The position numbers and the translations under genes were made by a program. The notes below the pieces were generated by a model. It had not been told where the DNA came from. It ran no database searches and saw nothing but the letters and a program-made list of their open reading frames with translations. This document shows, one piece after another, positions 22,923-36,200 of a DNA stretch of 64,000 bases. The stretch comes from Vitrella brassicaformis CCMP3155 (taxonomy: Eukaryota; Protista; Chromerida). The stretch's first letter is position 1. Every line of letters begins with the position of its first letter. The DNA is taken from the NCBI GenBank assembly GCA_001179505.1, contig CDMY01000656.1, forward strand, positions 124,001 through 188,000, given 5' to 3'.

Positions 22923-25338
22923 AGAGACACGGCTACGGCACACACACACACACGCCAGAGAGAGTGCAGGGAGGGGAGGACACGCTTTCCATGCCCGCCG
23001 TTTTGTAATGTCTCGCTTAGTGAGTGAGAGGGAGTGTTTGGTGAGTCAGTCACTGGTGCGGATGGCAGCTGCTGGCATTTGGTACAAGTGCTTTCGGTGC
23101 GTGTGGGGATAGAGAGCAGAGGAGAGAGGAGAGAGACTGTACAGACGAAGAATGGCACCCATCAAGATGTGGCTATCGCTCCTTCTGTGAGTGAGTTTTT
23201 CTCCCCTCCCCCCCTTTTGCGCGTGCCGTGTGTGTGTGTGTGTGCTACGTGTCTGTGTGTTACAGGTGTGTATGAGAGTGCATGGACGTCAATTGCAGTG
23301 TGAAGGTTGTTCCATCCATCCAGTGTCTGTCCATCATCCATGGAAATGCACTGCCGCCATCCACAAAATTGCCGGCCATAGATCCGATCTGTCTCCGTCT
23401 CTCTGTCTCTCTCTCTCTCTCATGTGTGTGCCATGTACAATTGCGTTATACACACATCCATCCATCCATCCATACCCCCATCCGTCCACACACAGGCACT
23501 GCCCGCAACAAATCGATCTGCGGATGCCTCTCTGTCTGCTCGTCTGTGTGCCTCTGTCTCTGTCTCTGTCTGTCCGCTTCTTCCTTTCCTACTCGTTGGC
23601 CGATCTGTTCTGCTCTCTGCCCGGCCAAAAACTTAGAGAGATAACTTGTGTGGCTGGGTGGGGCGGGTGGACACACACACACAGACGCACGCGCACACAC
23701 ACACACACGTGTGCACACACACTCCCTTCACTCATGGACGGCACGAAGAGGTCCATGCAGTGTCACACCTCACAGGCTGGCAGTCAATGCACAATCGCAG
23801 AGAGAGAGAGAGGTTGATAGAGAGTGCGCGTCAAGCGAGAATCAGCCAAGCCAGCCGCTGGCCGTGTGTGGTCTGCGTCGATGTGTCAGGGGCGTGTCCT
23901 TCCACAGCTGTAGATGCTGCCCGTATCGTTGCCAAGACGGACATCATCGCAGCGAGTGAACAAAGGGCCGCTGGCACCACAACCGACACGACTTGCACAC
24001 ACCAACACGAGACAGCAGCGAATTCACCAATGGTGGTCTAACGCTGGGTAAGAGGGCGAAGACAAAGAAAGAGTCACTGACGTGCAGGCAGGTCACGGCA
24101 TAATTCTTCATATCTTTACATGAGGTATGGTAGCAGAGAGTTGGTGTGTCGGTGTCAGCTAGACATAGAGAGAGACAGAGAGAGAGAGAGAGAGACCCCA
24201 AAAGGTGTCAAATCAGTCAGGCCATCGCGTGTGCAAGAAGTCGCCTCACCCGCGCCCCTTGCCCTCTGTGCAGTCTACGGAGGGAGGCGCCAAGTCATGC
24301 AGGTAGGTCAAAAACAGCTTCATGTCATGCCTCAAGCACGGCAGTCAGGTCACATCGCATCACACCACATCACACCACATCACACCCATTCACTGAGAGA
24401 GAGAGATGCACACAGCACAGGAGGTTTATCTACAGACAGACAGACACACACATCCTTGCAGACATGATCGCCACACAAGGAGCCAGTATAGCCAGTGTTG
24501 TGTGGGTGTGTGCACATGTGCACATCATGACGTGGATGGCATGAATTGGTCTTAATTAGCTGCGCTACGGGTGTGTGTTTGGGGGGAGGGGGGGGTGATG
24601 TGTGTGTGTGTGACCGGTAGGCTGTCTGTCTACACATCGACCGACGCACCAGCCAGCCAGTGAGTGGCGTCCGACCGACCCATTGATTGATCCACTGGTG
24701 TCCGCCCATCTATCCTCTTGTCTGTCTGTCTGTCTCATCTCAAAAAGCCCCCTCCAACTCCTCCTGCCTTGACAGACCATCCTCCCATCCTCCCATCCTC
24801 CCGTCCGTCCGCTAGCCATAGCTCCCATTTTCGAGCTGCTCATGGCTCCACCACCCACCCACCACCCAACAGTTCATCTCACACACACACAGGCGCGCAT
24901 GCAGATGCGGACCAAGAGGAACACACAGACGGCCAGGGCAAAACAAACGGTCCCCTTCACACGCCCATACACACACACACACACACACACCCCTCTGGCT
25001 ACCCCGCCCATCACACCGCCCCCCTTGCTTGCAAGGCAGACCACTACACAGCAGCCAGCGGATAGGGTACACGCATCTCTGTCTGTCCATCCATCCATCC
25101 ATGCCGCCAGTCTCTCGCCACCAATTCGCTGGCTGGTTGAAAAAGTGCCCCGTCGATGATGATGCACACAGCAAGCTACCCACGGGGGAGGGGGAGGGGG
25201 AGGGAGGGAGGGGGCGGGGGAGGCAAGCAAGCGGCGCATAGGCAGGCAGGCAGGCAGGCAGGCAAAGACGGACAGACGCATCCACAGCTACGCGTATGTC
25301 TCGCTAGTAGGTGCTGCTGGTGGTGGTGGTGGTGTGTG

Positions 25339-26992
25339 TCATTTGCCGAACAGGTATTGCCAGAAGGTGACGTGCTGGAAGTCCTTCTTGGGGTCGCGCA
25401 GCGAATCGCTCGAATCGACGTCCTCACCCTGACCAGCACACATCCACAGACACACCCAATTCACACCCACTCCCTCATCTGGGCGTGTGTGTGTCTCTCT
25501 CTCGTACCGTCCTCTCCTCCGTGGGGTCATGTGGGAGCAGCCGCACGTCCTCCCGTGACGACACGGGCCTGGCCATGGCCTTGCCCGCCACCCGCCGTGC
25601 CTGGTGCGTGCTGCCGCTGGCCGCTGACATGTCGCTGTCCATGGCCTGCGACGACTGCTGGTCGTTGGTGTGATGGTTGAGGGTGTGGCGCGGTGGAGGG
25701 GGTGGGGGATGGCTGTGGCTGCCGGCACTGCCAACAAGCTTGCTGGTCTCGCTACTGCTCGCCTCGCCGTTGAGGTCGGGATCAGTGTGGGACGGCGGGG
25801 GCGAGTCGGGTTGTGTCGACATCTCGCTATTGGCGCGCTTGTCATCCGAGTCGTATGTGCTCACTTTGGTGAAGCCGTTGTTGGTCTGCGTGTGCAGGGG
25901 GAGGGGCGGGGGCGTGGAGGCGGTGGGCTGCTTGGACTCCGCCAGCTTGATCATCGAGTACCAGTAGGACCCCAGGATGGTCAGTGCGATGCCGCTGAGG
26001 GACTGCCATGACACCACCTCGCCGAACAGGACGATGCCGCCGATGGACTGCGCGCAGGCCTTGACCATGGCCACCATGTTGAAGGTCACGGGGTTGGTGA
26101 CCTTGATCATCAGGAAGGTGGCGATGTTGATGAGGATAGCAAGCAGCCCGCTCAGCACGAACGTCCCCCACATCTGCCAGGTGTCGGAGACCGAAAAGTC
26201 CCACGGCAGCTCGTTGGCCCAGTTGCCCTCGCCGGCAATGTAGATGCAGGGGAAGAAGAGGGGGATGGCCATGGTGACGTTGTAGGCCAGCATGAGGTTC
26301 TGGTTGTTGTCGCAGACCTCCAGCACCTTCTTGATGTAGACGTTGTAGAGCGCCTGGGTGACGGAGGACATCAGGCCGAGGATGACGCCGCCGGGCGAGA
26401 GTGTGGTGGGGTCGAGGGAGCCGACGATGAAGCCGAGGACGACCACCATGCAGGCCAGGATGGCCTTGCGGCTGGTGCTCTTGCCCAGAACCACATACAT
26501 CAACAGGATGTTGAACAGGATCGTCGTGCTCCGCGCCACCTGCACTCCACTCGCAACAAACACATAAGTGCAGTGCAGTGCCGAGTGACTGAGAGAAAAC
26601 CATTGATCGAAGCATTCCCTCGCCCTGCCGAGCCTCTGTCTGTTCGCCCATCTCACCTGGTAAGTCGACACCTGGACATTCTTGAGGCAGGTGTTGGCAA
26701 AGGCTATCATAGCAACGAAAGTGACGGTCACCGGCAGCACGGCCCGTGCGGTCTTGAGCTTGAACTCATAGGGAGGGAAGAAGGCGAGCGAGGGGTTGCA
26801 CTTGCCGACCTGCCCCATGACGACCACACAGACGAGTGCGACTATCTGCTGGAACCACGAGACGAACACGGGGTTCTGGAAGGTGCTGCTGAAGATATGG
26901 AAGTTGAGGAACACTATAGACAGGCTAATCACGAAGTAGAAAGCCATCGCTGAGAGCACCTCCTCAGCCCGACGGTCCATCCCCATCGCCAT
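25339..26992 (-). CDS. Nucleotide-sugar transporter, GDP-fucose transporter (SLC35C1/GFT)-like; 3 exons
   Basis: FYFVISLSIVFLN, PVFVSWFQQIV, AFANTCLKNVQVSTYQ|VARSTTILFNILL, YIKKVL and IKVTNPVTFNMVAMVKACAQS match SLC35C1-type motifs (YxVARSxT); about 10 hydrophobic segments. Confidence 0.88.
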
Positions 26993-27236
26993 ACTGCACA
27001 ACGCCGACGTCGCAAAGAGAGGGCTTCAACTTGGACGAGGAATTGCCTCTTGGATGTCTGTAGCCCTCAGCAAGCCCCTCTTCACCTTCTTCCCCTTTTC
27101 TCCCCCTGCTGCGTAGCTCGCAGTGGATTGCGAGCTCGTAATTCGGAGCAACATTTGGCTGTTTTTGCTGTGACAGAATGCGTTTAGCACAGAGAATATG
27201 AGTTCAATAAGGCCCCGGTGCGTCTGCCGCTCGGGG

Positions 27237-30200
27237 ATGAGACGGCTGTCACTTCTCGTGTCTTGGTTGGCTGTCTGCTGCTGGACAACAAGTGCACGCG
27301 GCGCCGTCCGAATCGTCGGCCGTGAGGTCTTCCCCCCTCCCCCCACAGATGGCGGCTCCGCTGCGGATCTAATCGACGGGTTCGTGACGTCAAAAAAGGA
27401 ATGAGTTCATTGCAAGCGAATGTGTGAGTGAGTGTGTGTCTTGTCTCTTGCCCTCTCTTGTGCAGCAACACATCCTCCTGTGTCACCGTCGGGGCATCTC
27501 CCAACGCACTCATGGCTTTTGCCGTGATCGAAACCGACCGCCCCATGACGCTTCTGGCCGTCAAGATCCACTACGCCGCACAAGTGAGGGCGGCCCTCTC
27601 TCTCTCCATATCTCACACCGTCGAAAGCCTCACCAGCGCACCAGAGTGCGCGACGCTTCGGATCGATGGCACGGGCGAGAGGGAGGTGCCATGTGTGGGC
27701 GAGGGGCGGGTGGTGTATATCGGCGTCTCTGGCGAGGTCAGCTTGTGTGAGGTGTCGCTGGTGCGGAAGAGCGACCGTGTAGTCGTCACAGGCGGGGAGA
27801 TGGCCCGAGTGCCGGTGGGGGGAGGGGTGGACGTCAGTGTGCAGGGGAAGAAACTGACCGGGGAGGAGAGAATACGCCTTGTTAACGTGCGTAAGCCTTC
27901 CTCCCCCGGCCACTCAGTCAGTCACGCCCATTAAGGAAGGGTTCTGCCTCTGTGCGTGTGGGCAGGGCAGTGTGACTTGTGGCAGCGATGAGGCCCTTCT
28001 CATGACGCCATCGCTCTCTGCTGCCTCGCTTGATGGCCCGCCACACACACTGGTGGCGTCTCAGGAAGAAACATGGAACGGCGGCGCACTGACACAGCCA
28101 GGTGTCTATCGGGTACATTCCTACAGACAAGGTCTGTTCGACTCGACAGCACTGGCTGGTGATATTGTTTTGTCCTGGTCAGGTGTGTTGGTGTGAGGGG
28201 ACGGGTGGCTGCGACGATGGGGGGGAATTTGACCTCGAGACACAACTAATCATTGTGGAGCCGAGGGCTGTCACCATTGTCAGGTACTTGATCGATGGAT
28301 GGATGGATGGACGACAGACATCCTGCTTGCCCTCACCATGTCCTCTGCAGCGAATCGATGGGTCTGTCTGCACCAACATCAGTCAGCCTTGCTAGGGACG
28401 GATCGGCGCTCTACATCGCAGACCCAGCCCAGCACACGTACTAGCGCCCACAAACTCCTCACGTACCACACGCACTGTCCTGTGAATGCGCAGCGTCTTC
28501 GAATACCGTCCGGGCGAGGCAAGTCTGAGAGTTGCGGCGGGAACAGGGACAGCGGGCTACAGTGGCGACAACGGTGCCGCCACATCGGCATTGCTCAACT
28601 CACCTCAGAGCGTGTCAGTCTCACCCAACACGGGAATAATCTTCATCGCAGACACTAACAACCACAGGCGCGCGCAAACGAGCAAGGGGGGGGGGGAGAG
28701 AACGCAAATGCAGCACCCTAACTCTCTCTGCGCTGGGTGGATGCAGGATTCGCGCAGTGGCGAATGGCACCATCGAGACTGTGGTTGGGACGGGTGTTGC
28801 GGGGTTCAGCGGGGATGGGGGACAGGCTACGCTGGCACAGCTGCGCACGCCCACTGACGTGCTGGTCGACAGAAACAACAACCTGTGCTGTGAATGACCG
28901 AATGGATACTGACCTACTCAGGTGCTCGTACATCTGCCGGTGGTGTGTATATCTGTCTGTGTGCAGGTGGATTGTGGACAGCGGCAACCAGAGGATCAGA
29001 ATCGTGTCACTATCCACAGGTGGGCGGGGCGACCATCCATACCACCCCCCACACCCTCACGACTCCCCAATGTGTGTGCACAGGCATCCCCGATGAGGCG
29101 GAGGAGGTGGTCCCGGGCACCATATCCACCAGTGCAGGAGACGGCCGAGTCAGCTCAGACGGCGGCAGGGAAGGCGTCATGTCTCTCGCAGGCTCGCTCA
29201 GCCACCCCAAGGCCCTCAGTGTCGCTTTCTCGTGAGCAGCCATGGAAATAAGACATGCATGCAGCACGTCACCTGCCCTGCGTGTGTGTATCCATCGAAT
29301 CGATGTCTCCAGGTATCTGTTTATCAGCAGCTCTTCAAACGACGTGCCAATCACCGTGTGGCTGGCCGAGCAGGCGGGCGTCAGACAGGTAGGTGAGGTG
29401 AATGAGACCTATGCCGATCTCTCTCTCTCATCCCCCCAAAAGCAAACACTGGCTGGCCGCACTGCAGGTGTCGCTGCGTCGTCAAGGGTATACGGGTCTG
29501 ATGCGCCCCCTGAAGGAAGAGGCCATCGACGGGTCGGGGAGCTTCAGCGATGTGGGAGGGGTGGCGACGGCCAGCGACGGCAGGCTCTTCACAAGCGACA
29601 GCACCGGCGGCGCTGTACACATGACACAGACGATCGAGGTCAGTGGTAGAACTCTCCTCCGCCACGCAGACGCACAGAAACGCTTGGTTGTCTGCGTTTC
29701 TTCTCCTCCAGTATGTGGCCACCGGTTGCTGGCTGTTCCTCGGATCTCCTCCCCTGGTTCCATCGATTGAAGAGCAGCACCCCCTGCTGATGGACAATCA
29801 CCTCATGCGAGTTGACCCAACCTTCATGTGCGGACAGGCGGCCATGGCTCTGGAGCTGCCAATGTTTGGCCTGCGGGATGGCGGCGTGTGCGTCGGCAGC
29901 ACCGACATGCCCTTTGTGTACAAAACGTACGGACCCTCGCTGGCGTGTGAGGACGGCTCTGGGGGCAAAGACGCAATGAGCGCATATCGCTTGACCTCCA
30001 GGACGACCACAGAAGAGAATCTGTTCACTAGGGTGCGGCTGGCGAGTGTCGTGGGGTCGCCACAGAAGATGTTCTACGGCAATGACATGCTCTGGGTGGC
30101 CGGTAGGCATGGAGGGAGAGAGGCAGCGATGGATGGATGAGCGATGCACCCACCCACCGTCTCCTTGCTGTGGCTGTGTTGTCTGTGCCAGTCAGTCCCC

Positions 30201-33200
30201 CTTCCCCGCACATAGCCCTCATCCTGCTGTCCATCTCAACCCAGCCAGGCCAGCGCTTCAGCTGTCTGGAAGGCCAGCTGTGCTCCATCACCATCCGGGG
30301 CAACGGCCTCGTGCCGTCCATACCTCTCACCCTCCTGCCGCCATCGCTCCCCTGTGGCAGAGACGTCACCCCGTTTCCCGTGATGTCTCCCGCCATGTCG
30401 ATGGAAAGCGTCTCGGGGCCAACGTCCTTTCTCTTCTCGTCCCTGACGTACGAAATCGGCCCGTTGCGGTCGCTGCAAGTCGGTACACACACGCACATGT
30501 GCTCCGTCTGTGTGCCGTTGTGCACTCTCTTTCTCTCCTTCCCCCCATGCCATGTGTGGATTGCAGTCGATGCATCAAGGAGGGAGTGGCAGTGTCCGCG
30601 AGTTCCGTATATGTCTGTGTGGCGCTGACACAGGCTGCTCTGTGAGTGAAGACTTCCGTCTCGACGCCGGGATGGTGCAGCTGGAGGGACCGATGTACCG
30701 TCACTACGAGGCGCCTGCTGGCGAGAATTTCGACCTCATTCTGAGGGGCAGCGCTCTCAGAGATGACGATGCCATTCGCGTCGTCGAGTGAGCGAACACA
30801 ATGGATAGAGAGAGACACACGGGGGACGGTGAAAAGTCTTTTTGTGCGGTAAACAGAAAGGAGGCTGGATGTTCGGCTGACCCTGTCTCTGCCAGTGTGG
30901 TCACGCTTGCATCTCCGGCACGATCGTCGGGCAACGAGTCAACCTCCGTGTTCGACTCCGTGCTGTCGAGTGAAGGAGGAGATTTCCTTGTATGCTGGTG
31001 TGGCACGGCCAATGCATCAGAGCTCATGCCGCTGGCACTCACAGACAGCTGCACCTCGGCGCCCAACTTCTCTGTCGAGGTGGGCGAAGAAGGTCGCGCC
31101 AACCGAAGGAATGACTATGTGCGTGGCGGCTTACTGGTGCTTGCAGGCGTCATATCTGACGGTGATCGGCCCCCGTGGTCTGCTGCAGAGCATGACGGTT
31201 GCTGCGGGACAGCCATTCAACGTCACTGTATTCGGTAGGGATCCTGACAGTAGCTACCACCAACCTGCACACGTGAGCATGTCTGCATCTGCACAGGTCG
31301 AGGCCTCTCTGTGGCCAACCGCATTCGCCTCGTCCCCCACTTGCCTTCGGCCGATCCTCTCACTGTCTGCAGCAACCCATTTGACCCAGCTGCCACAGGC
31401 CAACTGCTCGTGTCGCCATCCCAGCAGATGACACCTTTCGGCCCGTTCCACCGTGCGACCGATTTCAAGGTATGAGAAGTGATCCATGCCGTGAGTGACA
31501 CTCATGCAGCTGTGTTGTCCATTCCATTCCATTCCATTCCAGAGTGTGTGGGGCCCGATGGTTGTGGTCACACCCGGCGAGTATCAGGTTTGTTGGTGTC
31601 CGGGCACAACAGTCGCTGACGAGAAGAGCGAGTTGGTCGAGTGCTTCTCCAGCACACAATTCAGCACACGGGCAGGAGGCATCACCGTCACAGGTGTAAA
31701 CGAAATCTGAGGTCTCCTTCCTGTGCAATCATCTCGCCACTGGCCCTCGTTCAGGCAGTCTGAGCCCGAGCAACGATCCGCAATATGCCTCGTATCTGGA
31801 CAAGGTCACTCTCCATCCCAGCCTTCCCTCCCCCCTGCGAACCGCCCTGCCCATCCCCACGGGAGCGCCTCGTAGCGTCGCTATCACCACATGGACGCGA
31901 TCCCATCCACCCGCTATCGGCAGCCGCCAGACCGGCCCTGCCCGTGTGCGCGTCACCCTGTGCAGTGCCTCCGAGTGTCTCCCGCCCGTTGCGGAGCTTA
32001 CCATCCAGCCAAACTTCCATGGGTACGAGCGCGTCGCCAGTGAGGTGTTCACGCGGTCTATCGACCTCTCGGCTGCTGTCGGTCCGTCTTTTGCCGTCGA
32101 TCGCATGTATCTGAGGAACGTGGGCATCGTCGCAGACTGGCCCGCCGAGCGCATCACGGTCTCCTACTCCACCAGCACCATCTCTTTCCCCATCCAGGGG
32201 TGGCTTACAGTCAATGCGACAGCTTCACCGCTGCTGCCCTTGTCTCCCCCTCTACCACTGTTCTCGTCTTCCGGTTCTGCGTTGGAGGTGGATGAGTGCG
32301 GCGGGTGGTGTTATGGCGGGTACGTGTGTGTCGAGGAGAGGTGTGTGAGCCACTGTGGCGATGGCTGGGTGACGGGAGATGAGATGTGCGACGACGGAAA
32401 CCAGAGACAGGGAGATGGATGCGACGAAAAGTGCGCACGGCGGGCAGGAAAGGCAGCAGTCAAGTGACTTAGGTGAATGATGTCTCTTCCTGTGTCTGTG
32501 TGTGGTGCGGCTTTTATTCAGGTGTTCAATTGAGGCAGGTTACGAGTGCTATACGTCTCAGCCGCAGACCGCCCCGTCGACATGTCATCCCTTGGCGTGC
32601 ATCAACATCCCCACGGACCCCCCTACACCAAGCTGGGCCACACTAGATTGCTTCGTGTGCAACGAACCATCGTCGCCTTTTAGCCTTACAAATGCGTCCA
32701 TATCGTCCCCATACCGCGCATTCGGGTGCCATGAGCTCCCAAGCGGCCTCACGGGCCTCTGTGAGGCATCTGGGCCTTTTTCGTCTCTGTCGGCGGGAGG
32801 CTTTGATGCCCATCTGCCAACCAGAGTCCTCGAGACACAATCCTTAAGTATGGATGCCTTATCCCCCAGGATCGATGGGTGCAAGCACATTCTGTGTTGT
32901 CTGTGTCTCTTTTTATGTCTGTCAGTGGATGTGAAGGCGTGCAACCAGACCGCCGCTGTGGAGGTCTGCTTCCCCCTCGGCTCGCCAGTGCTTGTCAGCG
33001 CCACCCTCTCACGACGCCTCTCAAACATCAATCTCGTCTTCAACGCGCCGGTTGCCATCATGGCGTGCGACGCCTTCTATACCTTCTCATCCCAGTCGAG
33101 GATCATCCCGTGTGACGCCTTGCTCGACCTGGCCGCCTTAACAGCAGACTGGCGATGCCAATGGACGTCGCCCTTCCAGATATTTGTGTTCTTTCCCATT

Positions 33201-36200
33201 GCTGAGACGCCGCCGACGAGTGTGACGATGCGCGAGGGCCGAGTGGTGCTGCTGGCGGTAGCGGAGCAGTGGACGGACGTCAGCGGCAATGTGACAGGCT
33301 CCGGCCCTCCACTCGGATGGTTTGCCGGTGCGCAGACCGTCCCTGTGCTAAGCGACGAATCAGACTGTGGACACCAGAAGCAAGATGACAGAGGAGATGC
33401 TGCCCTCTTCCCCAGCGAATCATCACTGAGATGCCCCGTCATCGATTGGCCCGAGGCAGTGGGCGTGTCGGGGTGTTTTCCTGTCCTCCTGGACGCACTC
33501 ATGTCTCCCAACACCAAAGTGGGTGGCGGCTGGCGAGGGTTGCTCAGCGACTCGGCTGTTCTGACGTACGAGTGCTTCGGTGGCTCGTCGTGTGCCATTT
33601 TGCAGCCATGGCTGGGCAACGGATGCCAGGTCAGCGGCTCGGCTTACTGCAAGCTCAGGACGTTCCTCCCTGCAGCAGAGATCACGTCCAATGTGACTCT
33701 GAGGCTCACTATCGAGGCTGAGGGCTGCACAAGCGCCACACAGACGACACTCTACCCATTAACAACAGGAGGGGGCCAGCTCCCTCTGGCTTTGCCGCGG
33801 ACGCCCATGCAGCAAGAGATCGGCATCGCTGACCCACTCACCCTGCGGCTCGACACGGCCACGACGGCTCTGGAGACATGTCCGTCAGCATCAGACGCGA
33901 ACACCTATCCCTTCTCGGCTCAGCGGTCGCTGAACGTCGATCGGCCTCCGGTGACAGGGAGTGCATCCAGCCCGGTCTTCGCATGGACTGACGTCAACCA
34001 TCGAACCCATTCCCGCCTGCTGGCTGTCGAGTGGAGCATGTCCCCCCCACAGCCGGATCTCGCCCCCGTCAGCCAGTCGAACCCAGCCGTGTTTTCTCTC
34101 CCACCTTTCGCCCTACCCGTCGGCCAGTGGCGTGTGTCGGCCACCGTCTACCAGAGGAGCGAGGGCTCAGAGGCGGACGTGCCAACACAAGTGACGGTGC
34201 CATTTGACGTGCATGTCGTGGATCGATGGTCGGAAGCTGACTCGCGGCTGCTGGTGTCTCACTCTCCTGTGGTGGATGCGAGGTGCCCATTCGCCCTGCT
34301 GGCTCGTGTCGACCCATCTGTTGTCCTGGAGTTGCCACGCCTCATGAGCGTCACGGTCGAGTGGGCGTGTGAGACTGCGGATGGGATCAGCTGCCCTTTT
34401 GCCCTGACGACCGACCAGCTGACTGTCGGTGATGTGCTGCTGCAGAGCGACTTTGTGGGGATCGCTTACACGTCCACACCCACAGCAGGGTCCTATCGCT
34501 TCACAGCGACAGCGATGGCGAGGCCGATGGGCGGCTCTCAGTATGTTATTGCAACGACTGTTGCGTGGGTCGAGGCCAAGACGGTTGGCTACCTTGACGG
34601 CAGATCTCCGCAGTGTGTCGCTGGAGGCTTCCTACCAACACCGCGGCTCGTGTCTCATCAGGATTTGGGTCTTGATGCGCTGAGAGGCTACGTCGTGACG
34701 GAGGCTGCGGCCAGCCCGCCGTCATTGGCTGATGTGCAGTGGTTCGTGACGCCGGCAGATAGCGGTCATGTGGTGGCTTCCGCGGTGTCGGCGAACGAAC
34801 AGACAATCACACTGTCGTCTCTCACTCTGCAAGAGCTGACGCCTCCTGCCGGATGGAATGCCCTGCAGCTGACGGAAGGAGGAGAATACGTGTGGCGTCT
34901 CGGGATTGACCCCTCTCGGTATCAGTACGACAATGGCGGTGTTCTCGCAACGATCGAGGTGGCAAGGAGCGGGGCTCTCCAAGTCAATGCGCCTCCCTTG
35001 GTGGGGCAGCTCCCTATGCACGTTGACACCTCCCCTCCCACAGCCGGCATCACCCCGGTGACCCTCAACATCCTCGAGGTCGCCTCCCTGTCCCCATCCC
35101 TCGAACACCAGTTTGCCCTCAACACCACCACCATCCAGCCATTCGGCGATCCCTACATCACATGCACCCTTCCCCCAGGCCACTGGACGATACGCGGCAT
35201 GGCTGTCGACCCCCTCGGTGGGAGAGGCGAGGCGACGACAACAGTCCAGGTGCAGAGCCTTGCCCAGGGGTTGTTCCTGACTCCAACGAATCCCCCAACT
35301 CAACAGAAGGTTGTGGATCTGTGGGGGCGGTCGTTCGACAGCTGGGCCAGGAATGCCGTGAGAGTGCTTCTCCGGATTGAGGCTGGGCATCACTCTCCAT
35401 GGGCCATCCTGCAGACGTGTGCTTCGGTCATCGCTGAGTTGGAAGGTGAGACGCTGGAGGCAAAAGGGAAGGCTTAATGCATTGTGTGCGTGTGCGTGTG
35501 CATGTGTTGGCAGAATATCGCGCGGCATTGGATCGGGGCAGGGACGTCGTGAATGTGGCGCTTGTGGCGACTGCTCCTGATCCAGTAAACGCAGCGGCAC
35601 TCACCGTGGTGCATGACATGAATCCGTGCACGTCTGTTCCCTCGTTCTTGAATCTTGAATCATGTCAGGAGTCGGCCAGGGCCGTCAAGATCAGCTCGGG
35701 TGACCTCCTGTCCTCAATCCCGTCCTCCCGCACCCAATGGCTGGATCTGCAGACCACCGCCCTCCACTCGCTGCAGATCACCACACACATACTCTCCTCT
35801 CCAGGCATCCTCACAACGCCCCTCGCCCCCTCATCTGCCGCCGGCCGTCTGGCTGAGCTCGGCTCGCGGCTGCTGCTTGCCTACCCTCTGATGCCGCCCA
35901 CGTCGCATTCTGAGGGCACTGGCGACCTCATCACACTGATTACCGACGGGCTCAATGGCACAGCGGCCGCAGATGGCGACATCGGCATGGATGCCCTGTT
36001 GAAAGGCATGGCCCAGGTGGTTGTTGCCTTGGCGAGGGCGACGAGCGAAGCTGAGCTGACACGGTGGATTCGTGGAGACGACGTGGCCAGTGAGGGCACT
36101 CAGCTGGTCGGTCAGTCTGCTTACCATGACACCAAGCACCTCGCACGGGCGTACGAGACACAGGCGAAGGCTCTGATGTCGCTCTCGGCCTTTCTCGCGA

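Noticed and set aside
22733-25300. Many 70-200 aa ORFs rich in [18 protein letters not shown] or SIHP
   Set aside because: Translations of microsatellites; no coherent exon chain or protein motif. Similar ORFs at 15696..16586 and 43287..44339 were rejected too.
28520-29200. Bacterial-looking NHL repeats suggesting contamination
   Set aside because: Interrupted by host-style microsatellite introns and in frame with the receptor gene.
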